DNA of 32,000 bases, taken from Nitrosospira multiformis ATCC 25196. GTDB taxonomy: Bacteria; Pseudomonadota; Gammaproteobacteria; Burkholderiales; Nitrosomonadaceae. The first letter of the stretch is position 1. The number at the start of each line of letters is the position of its first letter. Below, piece by piece: positions 18,224-26,975 of the stretch. The notes beneath the pieces are model-generated. The model was not told where the DNA came from and ran no database searches. It was given only the letters and a program-made list of their open reading frames with translations. The stretch is from NCBI RefSeq assembly GCF_000196355.1, contig NC_007614.1:750001-782000 (forward strand), in the 5' to 3' direction. The position numbers were made by a program, and so were the translations under genes.

Positions 18224-20929
18224 TTAACCTGCTAAGTCTTTGCGAGACCCCTGTTGCTTCCAAAACTCCGGAATCTCCTTCCGATATCGCCGCATCACCA
18301 GATTCGCCACCAGACCGGTCCAGCCGGTCTGATGAGCGGCGCCTAACCCCCGTCCGGTTTCACCGTGAAAATACTCATGGAACAGCAGCAGGTCGCGCCA
18401 GTGAGGATCGGTCTGATGCGGGCTCTTTTCAGGGAAGGCCGGGATCAGGCCGGATTCATCACGGCGGAAAATATCCACCAGCCGTTCCGCAAGCGTATTG
18501 GCAGCATATTTGAGGTCGATTTCGCAATGATTCAGGCAGGGGGCAGGAAAAGTAAAGGCCTCACCGAGGTAACGATGCATCTTTTCGATGGTTTGAATCA
18601 GCAGATAGTTGGTCTGCATCCACACCGGCCCGCGCCAGTTTGAGTTGCCGCCGAAAAGGGGGGAGTCGGATTCGCCCGGAACATACCGGATGACAGCATT
18701 GCCGACGCCGGGGATATGGCCCAAGTCTGCTTGCGTGGCATGACGCTTGGAGACACTCCGCACCCCATGGGGCGAAAAGAACTCTTCTTCATCAAAAATC
18801 CGTGGCAATATCTTGACGAACATCGCAGGGGTCACCAGGGAGAGCAGATGCTCACCCCGTTCGTTGGTGTCGATGGGGCAGGCGCATATCACGCTCCCAT
18901 CGAACATGCCGCCCTTGTGTTCCCACAGCAGTGCGGTGAAACGTTTGCGGTTTGCGAGCAGCCGGCCATCCACGACCTCACACGCAAACAGAGGAATGAT
19001 GCCCACCCAGGAGAAAACGTCGATGCGATGCGTGCTTCCATCCGGATCTACGACGAGATCCTTGAAAAAGCCGTCGATGTCATCCCACAGGGAAACGCGC
19101 GCTCCGGTATGTCCGGCAATCGTATTGGCAATTGCCAGGAACTGGCTATAGGATTGGACAGCGATATTCTCATAGGCGGGGTCTTCCACCGCAATTTCCA
19201 GTGCCATGACTGTCAATTGCAGGGAAAACATCGCCATCCAGCCGGTTGCATCAGCCTGTTTGAGGGTGTAACCCGGCGGGAGCGGCTCGGAGCGATTGTA
19301 TACCGAGATATTGTCCAGTCCGAGGAATCCTCCCTCGAATACATTCGTGCCTGTTGAATCCTTGAGATTGATCCACCAGGTATGATTCAGCAAAAGCTTG
19401 TGCAGCACGCGTTTGAGGAAACCGATATCACCCCTGCCGCGCTGCACCCGTTCGGCCCGGAATACCTTGAGCGCGCCCATTGCGTGCACCGGCGGATTCG
19501 CATCGCTGAATGTCCATTCATATGCGGGGATTTGCCCGTTGGGATGCAGGTAGTTTTCATTCAGCAGCAGTTCGATCTGTTCCTTGGTAAAATCCACGTC
19601 GATGAGCGCCAGCGTAGCGCAATGGAAAGCGAGGTCCCAGGCGGCAAACCAGGGATACTCCCACGTGTCCGGCATGGAAATGACATGGCTCGCCTTGAGA
19701 TGGGGCCACGCGTGGTTGCGCACCTGCCGCCTCGACGCAGGCGGTGTTGCCGGGTCTCCTTTCAGCCAGTCGGAGACGTCGTAGTGATAGAACTGCTTGG
19801 TCCATATCATGCCTGCGAGTGCTTGCCGCAGGATGCGCTGATCCTCGGCGGGCGCCTCGTCTGTCAGGAACGTGCGGAAAAAAGCATCGGCTTCGACGCG
19901 GCGCCGTGCAAAAATACTGTCCTGATTTTCGAATGGCTGAAGATGAGGCTCCGCCGTGAGCACCAGCTCGATCATGCCTGTCTTGCCGGATGGTATTGCG
20001 AGTTTGTGCGCCGCGCCGAATTTTGTTCCCTTTCCCGCGGGATTTACAGCGGATTGCTCACCCTGCACGAGATAGCGGTGAAAGGCATCCTTGACATAAG
20101 GTGCAGCATTGGGCACGCCCCATAACCTGCTATTGTTGGTTTCATTCTCCGTATAGAGAAGATCGGCTTGCTGCCGGCCGTAGAGATAGTAGTTTCGCAG
20201 TGCGGGATGCTCTGCCATTACTGCCCAGGCAGCATTTTGCGGCGCGGAGATGGCGTGCAGGAGAGGTTTTACCTCATCTTTTCCGGACCAGGACCAGTAA
20301 TTGCGAAACCACAATTGCGGCAGCAGCCACAGTAAAGCTTCCTCTTTCCCACGGTTGCTTGCCACGATGCGGATGTGCAGTTCATGAGGGGATGCCTTGG
20401 CGTAGAAGACTTCCACATCCCAATACCGGTCTTCCGAGAAAGCGTTGCTATCAATCAGGTTGAACGGCGGCTCCGCACGCGAACGGTGGGCGTTTTCCTC
20501 GATCAACCGCGTATAGGGGAATGGGGATTGCGGGTATTTGTAGAGGTAGTGCAGCCACGCGTGAGAAGGCGTGGCGTCGAGGTAGAAATAGCATTCCTTT
20601 ACGTCTTCTCCCCGATTACCCTGGTGTCCGGTGAGACCGAAGGCGCGCTCCTTAAGGATGGCATCCTTGCCGTTCCAGAGCGCCAGTGAGAAACAGAGAT
20701 GCTGCGCTTCGTCCGAGATACCGCCCAGCCCGTCCTCATTCCAGCGGTAAGCGCGCGAACGTGCCTGATCATGGTCGAAATATTCCCAGGGCGTTCCATC
20801 CGGACTGTAGTCTTCCCGCACGGTGCCCCAGGCGCGTTCCGAGAGGTAAGGTCCCCATAGACGCCAGGCTTCCCGGCCCTGCCGCTGGTTTTCCAACCGC
20901 TGCCGTTCGGCATCCGGGGAGGTGGACAT
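18224..20929 (-). CDS. Large (901 aa) cytoplasmic GH63-clan/'MGH1-like' (alpha/alpha)6 glycoside hydrolase of unknown specificity
   Basis: A clean 901-aa ORF with no signal peptide. The N-terminal motif WRLWGPYLSERAWGTVREDYS and the overall length match, from memory, the uncharacterised ~900-aa 'glucosidase' family related to GH63 enzymes. The C-terminal region (...FHEYFHGETGRGLGAAHQTGWTGLVANL) resembles the catalytic (alpha/alpha)6 barrel end of GH63/GH37-like enzymes. The family call needs HMM confirmation. Confidence 0.8.
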   Translation of the reverse strand: MSTSPDAERQRLENQRQGREAWRLWGPYLSERAWGTVREDYSPDGTPWEYFDHDQARSRAYRWNEDGLGGISDEAQHLCFSLALWNGKDAILKERAFGLTGHQGNRGEDVKECYFYLDATPSHAWLHYLYKYPQSPFPYTRLIEENAHRSRAEPPFNLIDSNAFSEDRYWDVEVFYAKASPHELHIRIVASNRGKEEALLWLLPQLWFRNYWSWSGKDEVKPLLHAISAPQNAAWAVMAEHPALRNYYLYGRQQADLLYTENETNNSRLWGVPNAAPYVKDAFHRYLVQGEQSAVNPAGKGTKFGAAHKLAIPSGKTGMIELVLTAEPHLQPFENQDSIFARRRVEADAFFRTFLTDEAPAEDQRILRQALAGMIWTKQFYHYDVSDWLKGDPATPPASRRQVRNHAWPHLKASHVISMPDTWEYPWFAAWDLAFHCATLALIDVDFTKEQIELLLNENYLHPNGQIPAYEWTFSDANPPVHAMGALKVFRAERVQRGRGDIGFLKRVLHKLLLNHTWWINLKDSTGTNVFEGGFLGLDNISVYNRSEPLPPGYTLKQADATGWMAMFSLQLTVMALEIAVEDPAYENIAVQSYSQFLAIANTIAGHTGARVSLWDDIDGFFKDLVVDPDGSTHRIDVFSWVGIIPLFACEVVDGRLLANRKRFTALLWEHKGGMFDGSVICACPIDTNERGEHLLSLVTPAMFVKILPRIFDEEEFFSPHGVRSVSKRHATQADLGHIPGVGNAVIRYVPGESDSPLFGGNSNWRGPVWMQTNYLLIQTIEKMHRYLGEAFTFPAPCLNHCEIDLKYAANTLAERLVDIFRRDESGLIPAFPEKSPHQTDPHWRDLLLFHEYFHGETGRGLGAAHQTGWTGLVANLVMRRYRKEIPEFWKQQGSRKDLAG

Positions 20930-21068
20930 GATGTTATTTCTCCGGTTGTTTCACACACCTTCCTGGGGTTGCCTATCTTCCTCGGGCTGCCTGTAAGGAC
21001 TGACGGCGACGGGTCGTGCCAGGAAAGCGGAGATTACCGCTTCCGTCTCTTTTCAGGCTTCGCCCGCA

Positions 21069-21890
21069 TCATCCCCCGTCTTGAGCCGCCTTCAGTTCGG
21101 ATGTCAGATGCGGGGCAATAACCTGCAACAACTGGCCGAAGACTTTCGGATTACCCGCTACCACATTGCCGCTTTGCAGATGGGTATCGTTGCCTTCCAT
21201 GTCTCCCACCAGTCCGCCTGCCTCGGTAATGAGCAGGCAGCCCGCCGCCATATCCCACGGTGAAAGGCCGAACTCCCAGAAGCCATCGTATCGTCCTGCC
21301 GCGACGTAGGCCAGGTCGAGCGCGGCGGAACCCGGACGCCGGATCCCCGCCACCCGGGGCATGATATCCTTGAATATGGCAAGGTAGGCCTCGGCATGCG
21401 TGAATTCGCGAAACGGGAAGCCCGTGCCGATCAGGCAGTCGCCAAGTTTGCTGCGCTTGCTCACCCGCAAGCGATGGTCATTGAGATAGGCGCCTGCTCC
21501 CCGGCTTGCGGTAAATAATTCGTTGGCAGCCGGATTGTAGACCACGGCCTGCGACAAAACGTTTTTATGCATCAATGCGATCGAAACCGAGTAATGCGGG
21601 AAACCATGAAGAAAATTGGTGGTCCCGTCCAGCGGGTCGATGATCCACTGATATTCAGACTTGGCAGGATCACCTTGAGCGCCGCTTTCTTCTGCTAGAA
21701 TGGAATGGCTGGGATAGGCATCGAGCAGCGTCTCGATCACCGCGTTTTCCGCGGCGCCGTCTACTTCGCTGACAAAATCGTTGTGCGCCTTGCGCGAGAC
21801 ATTCAGTAAATCCAGGTTCTGCGCAGCACGATTGATGATGCCGCCTGCGCGGCGCGCGGCCCTTACCGCGATGGTGAGCATGGGGTGCAT
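21069..21890 (-). CDS. suhB: Inositol-1-monophosphatase family protein SuhB
   Basis: The [17 protein letters not shown]-terminus is near-identical to E. coli Suh[18 protein letters not shown] and [12 protein letters not shown] motifs are present. It is divergent from trmJ, as in E. coli. Confidence 0.94.
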   Translation of the reverse strand: MHPMLTIAVRAARRAGGIINRAAQNLDLLNVSRKAHNDFVSEVDGAAENAVIETLLDAYPSHSILAEESGAQGDPAKSEYQWIIDPLDGTTNFLHGFPHYSVSIALMHKNVLSQAVVYNPAANELFTASRGAGAYLNDHRLRVSKRSKLGDCLIGTGFPFREFTHAEAYLAIFKDIMPRVAGIRRPGSAALDLAYVAAGRYDGFWEFGLSPWDMAAGCLLITEAGGLVGDMEGNDTHLQSGNVVAGNPKVFGQLLQVIAPHLTSELKAAQDGG

Positions 21891-22088
21891 GTGTCGGGAT
21901 TCAAAATAAAGTGAATCGTGGATTTTAACCCAGATAATCCATCAGGATGCGGAATGATGCCCGGGCAGGTTGCGAGACAGTGCTATCAATCGGGAAAAAT
22001 CCCGTAGCCTGAAATGGCTACAAACTGACTGCGCTTGCACAGGGTAGTCATCTCCAATGGAGTCTTTAATGGGCTATCCGGATTAAAT

Positions 22089-22838
22089 GTGAATCCCCTC
22101 CATCTGCTCGATAAAGTCCGAATTGTCCTGAGCCATACCAGCCATCCCGGTAACATCGGGGGGGCGGCGCGGGCAATGAAGACCATGGGATTGGACTCGC
22201 TCTATCTTGTGAATCCCCGGTTTTTCCCCGACAAGGAAGCTGAAAGACGAGCCACCGGCGCACTGGATATCCTCCATAAGGCAAAAGTCTGCGACACGCT
22301 CGATGAAGCGCTCAGTGGCACTGTTCTGGCAGCGGCAGTGACGGCCCGACAACGCGATCTCTCCCATGAAGTTTTTGATGGCCGGCAGGGTGCGACCAAA
22401 CTGCTCGATCTCGCGCAAAAGGATTTCGTTGCGCTGGTCTTCGGCACGGAAATGTCCGGACTTACCACGCTTGAAGTCAGTAAGTGCCAGATCATCATCC
22501 ATATTCCAGCCAACCCGGAATATTCATCTCTCAATCTTGCCAGCGCTGTGCAGGTCATGGCATACGAATTGCGCATGGCCTGCAGGGATTTGCTGGAAAC
22601 CCCGCCTGCTTCGCCGACCCTGACCCTGCATGGCGGGGGGATGGCGGCCACGTTCGATGAAATCGAGTTGCTTTACGCTCACCTGGAGCAGGTGGCGATC
22701 AGCAGCGGTTTTCTCGATCCGCAGGAGCCGAAACGCCTGATGCAGCGCATGCGACGGCTGTTTGCCCGCGCGCGGCTGGAAAAGGAGGAGGTCAATATAT
22801 TACGAGGGATACTGAGCGCCTGTGAGAAGCGGATGTAG
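22089..22838 (+). CDS. trmJ: tRNA (cytidine/uridine-2'-O)-methyltransferase TrmJ (SpoU/TrmH class)
   Basis: VRIVLSHTSHPGNIGGAARAMKTMGLDSLYLVNP...LVFGTEMSGLT...IPANPEYSSLNLASAVQVMAYEL are TrmJ signatures. The start is uncertain: the GTG at 22089 gives an N-terminus of typical length, while the track's TTG at 22035 is the alternative. No in-frame ATG lies upstream of the conserved core. Confidence 0.9.
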   Translation: MNPLHLLDKVRIVLSHTSHPGNIGGAARAMKTMGLDSLYLVNPRFFPDKEAERRATGALDILHKAKVCDTLDEALSGTVLAAAVTARQRDLSHEVFDGRQGATKLLDLAQKDFVALVFGTEMSGLTTLEVSKCQIIIHIPANPEYSSLNLASAVQVMAYELRMACRDLLETPPASPTLTLHGGGMAATFDEIELLYAHLEQVAISSGFLDPQEPKRLMQRMRRLFARARLEKEEVNILRGILSACEKRM

Positions 22839-22947
22839 ACGGAGGCTGCTTTCCCGCTTATTCCTGATGCTCCGGGATGCGAACGAAATTGAATGATGGC
22901 GGGAAGAGTTGACGGCGGTCAGGTTTAAACGAAAGTAGCCGGACAAA

Positions 22948-23016
22948 ATAGTTGACCATGACAAAGGGGATTTATATACTTGATCAATGTTGTCGGGTAT
23001 TGGTTGTCGGTATTGG
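22948..23016 (+). promoter_or_regulatory. Two IscR type-1-like operator sites plus a tandemly duplicated right half-site
   Basis: Site 2, ATACTTGATCAATGTTGTCGGGTAT (22976-23000), matches the type-1 IscR consensus ATASYYGACTRWWWYAGTCRRSTAT at 21 of 25 positions by my count. Site 1, ATAGTTGACCATGACAAAGGGGATT (22948-22972), has a near-perfect left half. GTTGTCGGGTATTG (22989-23002) is immediately repeated as GTTGTCGGTATTGG (23003-23016). Confidence 0.7.
22952..22980 (+). promoter_or_regulatory. Candidate sigma70 promoter of the iscR operon, embedded in the IscR sites
   Basis: TTGACC (22952-22957), a 17-nt spacer, then TATACT (22975-22980). The overlap with the IscR sites parallels the autoregulated E. 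coli iscR promoter. Confidence 0.6.
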
Positions 23017-23200
23017 AATTGTTTACGTGAGAAAGGTGTTCGGAGGAAGCAGCTGCATTCCAGGATGGGTGCGCGATGAGCGCTTTCGTTGAATTGAATC
23101 AGGAAGACTTGTTCGGAACGCTTTGTTCCGGCAACTCTGCGGGATTTGTCGCCTATTATTTTGTTGTTTCACAGTGTCAATTTCTATTCGGGAGCAGAAA

Positions 23201-23674
23201 ATGCGGTTAACAACCAAGGGCCGTTTTGCAGTAACGGCAATGATCGATCTTGCATTGCACAGCGCGGACGGGCCGGTTACATTGGCGGGTATCAGCGAAC
23301 GTCAGAAAATTTCATTGTCTTATCTTGAGCAGTTGTTCGGAAAGCTGCGCCGCAGCAAGCTGGTAGGCAGCGTACGTGGCCCTGGTGGTGGCTACCGCCT
23401 CACCAAACCCATGAGCGAGGTATCTGTAGTAGACATTATTCTGGCTGTGGATGAGCCCATCGACGCCACCCAATGCGGAGGCAAGGAAAACTGTCACAAT
23501 GATCAGCGCTGCATGACCCACGATCTATGGGCGAATCTGAATGCGCGGATACGCGATTACCTAGCGCTGGTTACACTGGAGCAGCTCGTATCAAACCCCA
23601 AGGTGAAGGATATTGCTGTCTTGCAGGATGTGAGAACCTGCTCCTCATCGCAACATCGTACAGTTCCTGCTTGA
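23201..23674 (+). CDS. iscR: Fe-S cluster assembly transcriptional regulator IscR (Rrf2 family)
   Basis: MRLTTKGRFAVTAMIDLALHSADGPVTLAGISERQKISLSYLEQLFGKLRRSKLVGSVRGPGGGYRL is an Rrf2 winged helix-turn-helix. The cluster ligands have IscR spacing: C-x5-C-x5-C-x2-H in QCGGKENCHNDQRCMTHDLW. GGGAG lies upstream of the ATG at 23201. Confidence 0.94.
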   Translation: MRLTTKGRFAVTAMIDLALHSADGPVTLAGISERQKISLSYLEQLFGKLRRSKLVGSVRGPGGGYRLTKPMSEVSVVDIILAVDEPIDATQCGGKENCHNDQRCMTHDLWANLNARIRDYLALVTLEQLVSNPKVKDIAVLQDVRTCSSSQHRTVPA

Positions 23675-23737
23675 ACGGTAACGCCTGCTGGTTTCAAGTC
23701 CGATTTTCCATTTCGACCAGTTTGAAGGATCCGGACG

Positions 23738-24895
23738 ATGACCTACGCCTATTTCGACCATAACGCCACGACTGCTGTCGATAAAGCCGCGCTTGATGCC
23801 ATGTTGCCGTATTTCCAGGAAGAGTACGGCAATCCCTCCAGCCGGCATGCTCCTGGCATTGCAGCTCGCCGGGCGGTTGATCGCGCCCGTGAGCAAGTGG
23901 CGGATGCAGTGGGAGTGCAGCCGTCGCAGGTGGTTTTCACCAGCGGGGGATCGGAAGCCAATAACCTCTTCATTCAGGGCGCCGCGGGCTACATGAAGCC
24001 GGGACAGATTGCGATAAGCGCGATCGAGCATCCCTGCGTGATGAAAACTGCGCAGGAATTGGCGCGTGCTTCGCGGGGAAGCTGGAATCTGCGTCGGCTA
24101 GCAGTGGATAATCAGGGCCGCCTGGACCCGGCCGCTCTTGACGAGGCACTGTCGTCTCAACAGTCGGGGCTGGTTTCAGTCATGCTGGCAAACAACGAAA
24201 CAGGCGTGATTCAGGATGTTTCGATGGTGGGGGAGAAGGCCCGCGCGCGAGGTGCCTGGATTCACACGGACGCAGTGCAGGCGTTTGGCAAGATACCTGT
24301 CGATTTTGCCTCGCTCAATGTACATGCCCTGACGCTGTCGTCCCACAAGATTTGCGGTCCCAAGGGGGCCGCGGCGCTTATCATGGATAAGCGGCTCCTG
24401 CTCAAACCTCTCATCTACGGTGGGGGGCATGAAGGCGGATTGCGTTCGGGTACCGAAAACGTTCCCGCAATTGTGGGATTCGGCGTGGCCTGCGAGTTGG
24501 TCAAGAGACGAATAGCGGAACATACCACGCATATCTCGGCATTGCGCCAGCAACTGGAGCGGGGCCTGCTGGAGATGGGCGGGACTGTTTTTGGTCTCGG
24601 CGCTTCCCGTCTGCCCAATACCTGCTATTTTGCGCTCCCGGGTATCGAAGGAGATACTTTGGTAGTACGTCTCGATAAAGCGGGTTTCGCGGTGGCAAGC
24701 GGCGCGGCGTGTTCCAGCGTCAACCCCGGGCGAAGCCATGTGCTGGAAGCAATGGGGGTGGATCCTGCCCTGGCTCGTTGCGCTGTGCGGGTAAGCCTGG
24801 GGGCCTCCAATTCTTCGGTGCAGGTTGCTGATTTCCTTCGCGCTCTCGGTGCTATCGTGGGGGAGCTGGAGCAGATGAGCGCGCTTTCGATCTGA
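23738..24895 (+). CDS. Class I (NifS/IscS-like) PLP-dependent cysteine desulfurase, 385 aa
   Basis: YFDHNATTAVDKAALDAMLPYFQEEYGNPSSRH, FTSGGSEANN, HTDAVQAFGKIPVD, the PLP-lysine motif SSHKICGPKG, RSGTENV and the catalytic-Cys loop ASGAACSS. It is shorter than canonical ~404-aa IscS and is not followed by iscU. Confidence 0.93.
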   Translation: MTYAYFDHNATTAVDKAALDAMLPYFQEEYGNPSSRHAPGIAARRAVDRAREQVADAVGVQPSQVVFTSGGSEANNLFIQGAAGYMKPGQIAISAIEHPCVMKTAQELARASRGSWNLRRLAVDNQGRLDPAALDEALSSQQSGLVSVMLANNETGVIQDVSMVGEKARARGAWIHTDAVQAFGKIPVDFASLNVHALTLSSHKICGPKGAAALIMDKRLLLKPLIYGGGHEGGLRSGTENVPAIVGFGVACELVKRRIAEHTTHISALRQQLERGLLEMGGTVFGLGASRLPNTCYFALPGIEGDTLVVRLDKAGFAVASGAACSSVNPGRSHVLEAMGVDPALARCAVRVSLGASNSSVQVADFLRALGAIVGELEQMSALSI

Positions 24896-25240
24896 CTGTT
24901 TCCCTTGATACCCGTGAGGAGAGAGCCCTTGCAGGGTTAGTAGGGGTTAAAGAGGCTATAAAGATCGTCTGCATTTGAGGGACTGGAATGCACCGGGTAT
25001 AAAGCAGCGCCCAAAGGTTTTACGAATCTCTCCTCGCAATATTTCCCCATCCGTTTCTCTTCCTGCTATCACTCTCTTCGGTAGCGAGCCTCTTCCGTAA
25101 ATTTTTCGCAGTACCCCCTGCCCATTCTCGGGCCCGTCTTTTTTATCTGCCATCAGAACGATTTATGTTTATACTTTGCGTTGGATTGTCGCAATGTTTC
25201 ATCGGTCCGTATCCTTTTTGTCATTTTCATTCATAAACTC

Positions 25241-26029
25241 GTGACATATAACCGTATTACTGTCCTCTTGCTGCTTGCCTGCACAATGCTGGTCACAGGA
25301 TGTGCTACTACCCGCACGCAGGGATCGACAGTGCCGAACGATCAGAGCGCAGACTATAGGGATTCGATCGATCCATTCGAGGGTATCAATCGCAAGTTTT
25401 ACACTTTTACCGATGTGATCGACCGGAAACTCATCGAGCCGGTGGCGGAGGTTTATATTGACCACGTCCCCACCCGGGTGCAGCGCTCCGTCGGGAATTT
25501 TTATGACAATATCCAGTACCCGAACGTCGTCCTGAATGATTTCCTGCAAGGCAAGGTACGCCAGGGATTTCGTGACGGGCTGCGCTTCGTCGTCAATTCC
25601 ACCCTTGGTATCGCCGGGCTCTTTGATCCGGCTTCTTCCATGGGCTTCACCCAGCATGATGAAGATTTCGGACAAACGCTGGGGGTGTGGGGGGTGAATG
25701 CAAGCACTTACCTTTTTGTTCCCTTGCTTGGGCCTAGCAGCAATCGCGATGTTGCCTCATATCCAGTCGCTCTATTTACGAATGTCCTTTTCTATATCGG
25801 AACTTATGTGATCGGAGCCCCCGTCACCGTGCCGCTTTCCGTTCTGGGTGTCATTGACAAGCGGGCAAGATTGTCCGGCCCCATGAAAATCCGGGATGAA
25901 GCAGCGCTTGAGCCTTATCTGTTCGTACGCGACGCCTACTTGCAGCAGCGCAAGCATTTGATTTACGACGGAAATCCCCCTCCCGAGATTTATGACGATC
26001 CCGCGGAGGAGGAGCCTGTGACTAAGTAG
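25241..26029 (+). CDS. mlaA: MlaA/VacJ-family outer-membrane lipoprotein
   Basis: Lipobox LVTGC after a hydrophobic leader (ITVLLLLACTM). DPFEGINRKFYTFTDVIDRKLIEPVAEVY...VGNFYDNIQYPNVVLNDFLQGK...NSTLGIAGLFD...DFGQTLGVWGV are VacJ/MlaA signatures. The start is uncertain: GTG at 25241 or TTG at 25181. Confidence 0.88.
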   Translation: MTYNRITVLLLLACTMLVTGCATTRTQGSTVPNDQSADYRDSIDPFEGINRKFYTFTDVIDRKLIEPVAEVYIDHVPTRVQRSVGNFYDNIQYPNVVLNDFLQGKVRQGFRDGLRFVVNSTLGIAGLFDPASSMGFTQHDEDFGQTLGVWGVNASTYLFVPLLGPSSNRDVASYPVALFTNVLFYIGTYVIGAPVTVPLSVLGVIDKRARLSGPMKIRDEAALEPYLFVRDAYLQQRKHLIYDGNPPPEIYDDPAEEEPVTK

Positions 26030-26182
26030 CGTCCTGTCCTATTAGTCGCCTGTTGCATTCGATTGGGGCTGAAGGATTAGGCAGCGTGAGCGTATCCCCT
26101 TGAAATCCTGCAAACGTGAGGCTGAGCAGGATGAATTATCCTCCCGTTTTCCTTACCCGTAAAAGCGCGAGGAGCGTCAATC

Positions 26183-26587
26183 ATGAGCAAGTTCGACCGA
26201 AGAATGGAACACCCTGTTTCTGCCGGACTGCTTCATCTCACCCATCTCGTCTATCTGTTGCATGGTTTCAGCGTTCTGATGGGAATCCTGGGACCGGCAT
26301 TCATCATTACGACCTTTCTCACCGGGTGGCCCTCGATCATCGCAGTGATTCTCAACTACGTGAAGCGGAGTGATGTGCGGGGGACCTGGCTTGATTCCCA
26401 TTTCGGCTGGCAAATACGCACTTTCTGGTACACCCTGCTTTGGCTGGTAATTGCAGCCCTATTGTTTGCCACCATTATCGGCATCGGGTTCGCGTACCTC
26501 CTCATCGTGGGCACCGGATTGTGGGTGACATACCGCCTCATTCGCGGCTGGCTGGCATTGAGCGAGGGCAGGGCCATGCCGATGTAA
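26183..26587 (+). CDS. Small polytopic inner-membrane protein (DUF4870/COG3671-like), function unknown
   Basis: 134-aa ORF with GAGGAG 9 nt upstream. There are about four hydrophobic helices (LLHLTHLVYLLHGFSVLMGILGP, IITTFLTGWPSIIAVILNYV, FWYTLLWLVIAALLFATIIGIGFAYLLIVGTGLWV). The family assignment is from memory and tentative. Confidence 0.65.
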   Translation: MSKFDRRMEHPVSAGLLHLTHLVYLLHGFSVLMGILGPAFIITTFLTGWPSIIAVILNYVKRSDVRGTWLDSHFGWQIRTFWYTLLWLVIAALLFATIIGIGFAYLLIVGTGLWVTYRLIRGWLALSEGRAMPM

Positions 26588-26975
26588 GCGCATACTTCAG
26601 CCAGCTCGACCGGCTCGACTTCTGGATTTGCCTGTCCGATTCTTTCCCCTTCCCAAGTTCGTTTCATTTCTCTCATCTTTCTTTGCCGATCTTATCGATA
26701 GGACTTCGGAGGTTTATGTGTGCCACCGTACAGAATGCGGTAATTGCACTCGCTAATATCCAGCATTCTGACTCTCCAGCTAGCAGAGATAGATATCCTG
26801 AAATTGCAGAATAAAATCGAAAGTGCCTTATGCCTGGAGAGGGGCAAAGTTGCAAAGGAATAAGCGCAGACCTGGAAATACTGTTAATACTGCTGTAAAA
26901 CGATAAGCGTATAAGCGTTATGGGCGATCTGTACCAGCTAGATTTTCCGATGCCAGACCTATATTGAAGTTCATC

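Noticed and set aside
16335-20125. Plus-strand ORFs of 235 aa (16335-17042) and 247 aa (19382-20125), plus several ~140-210-aa ones, inside mutS and the hydrolase gene
   Set aside because: These are antisense to long, homologous coding sequences, with no SDs or motifs. They are shadow ORFs.
24956-25153. 65-aa minus-strand ORF downstream of the cysteine desulfurase
   Set aside because: It has no Shine-Dalgarno sequence and no family resemblance, and its composition (Gly/Arg/Lys-rich) is typical of random frames in this GC range. Not called as a CDS.
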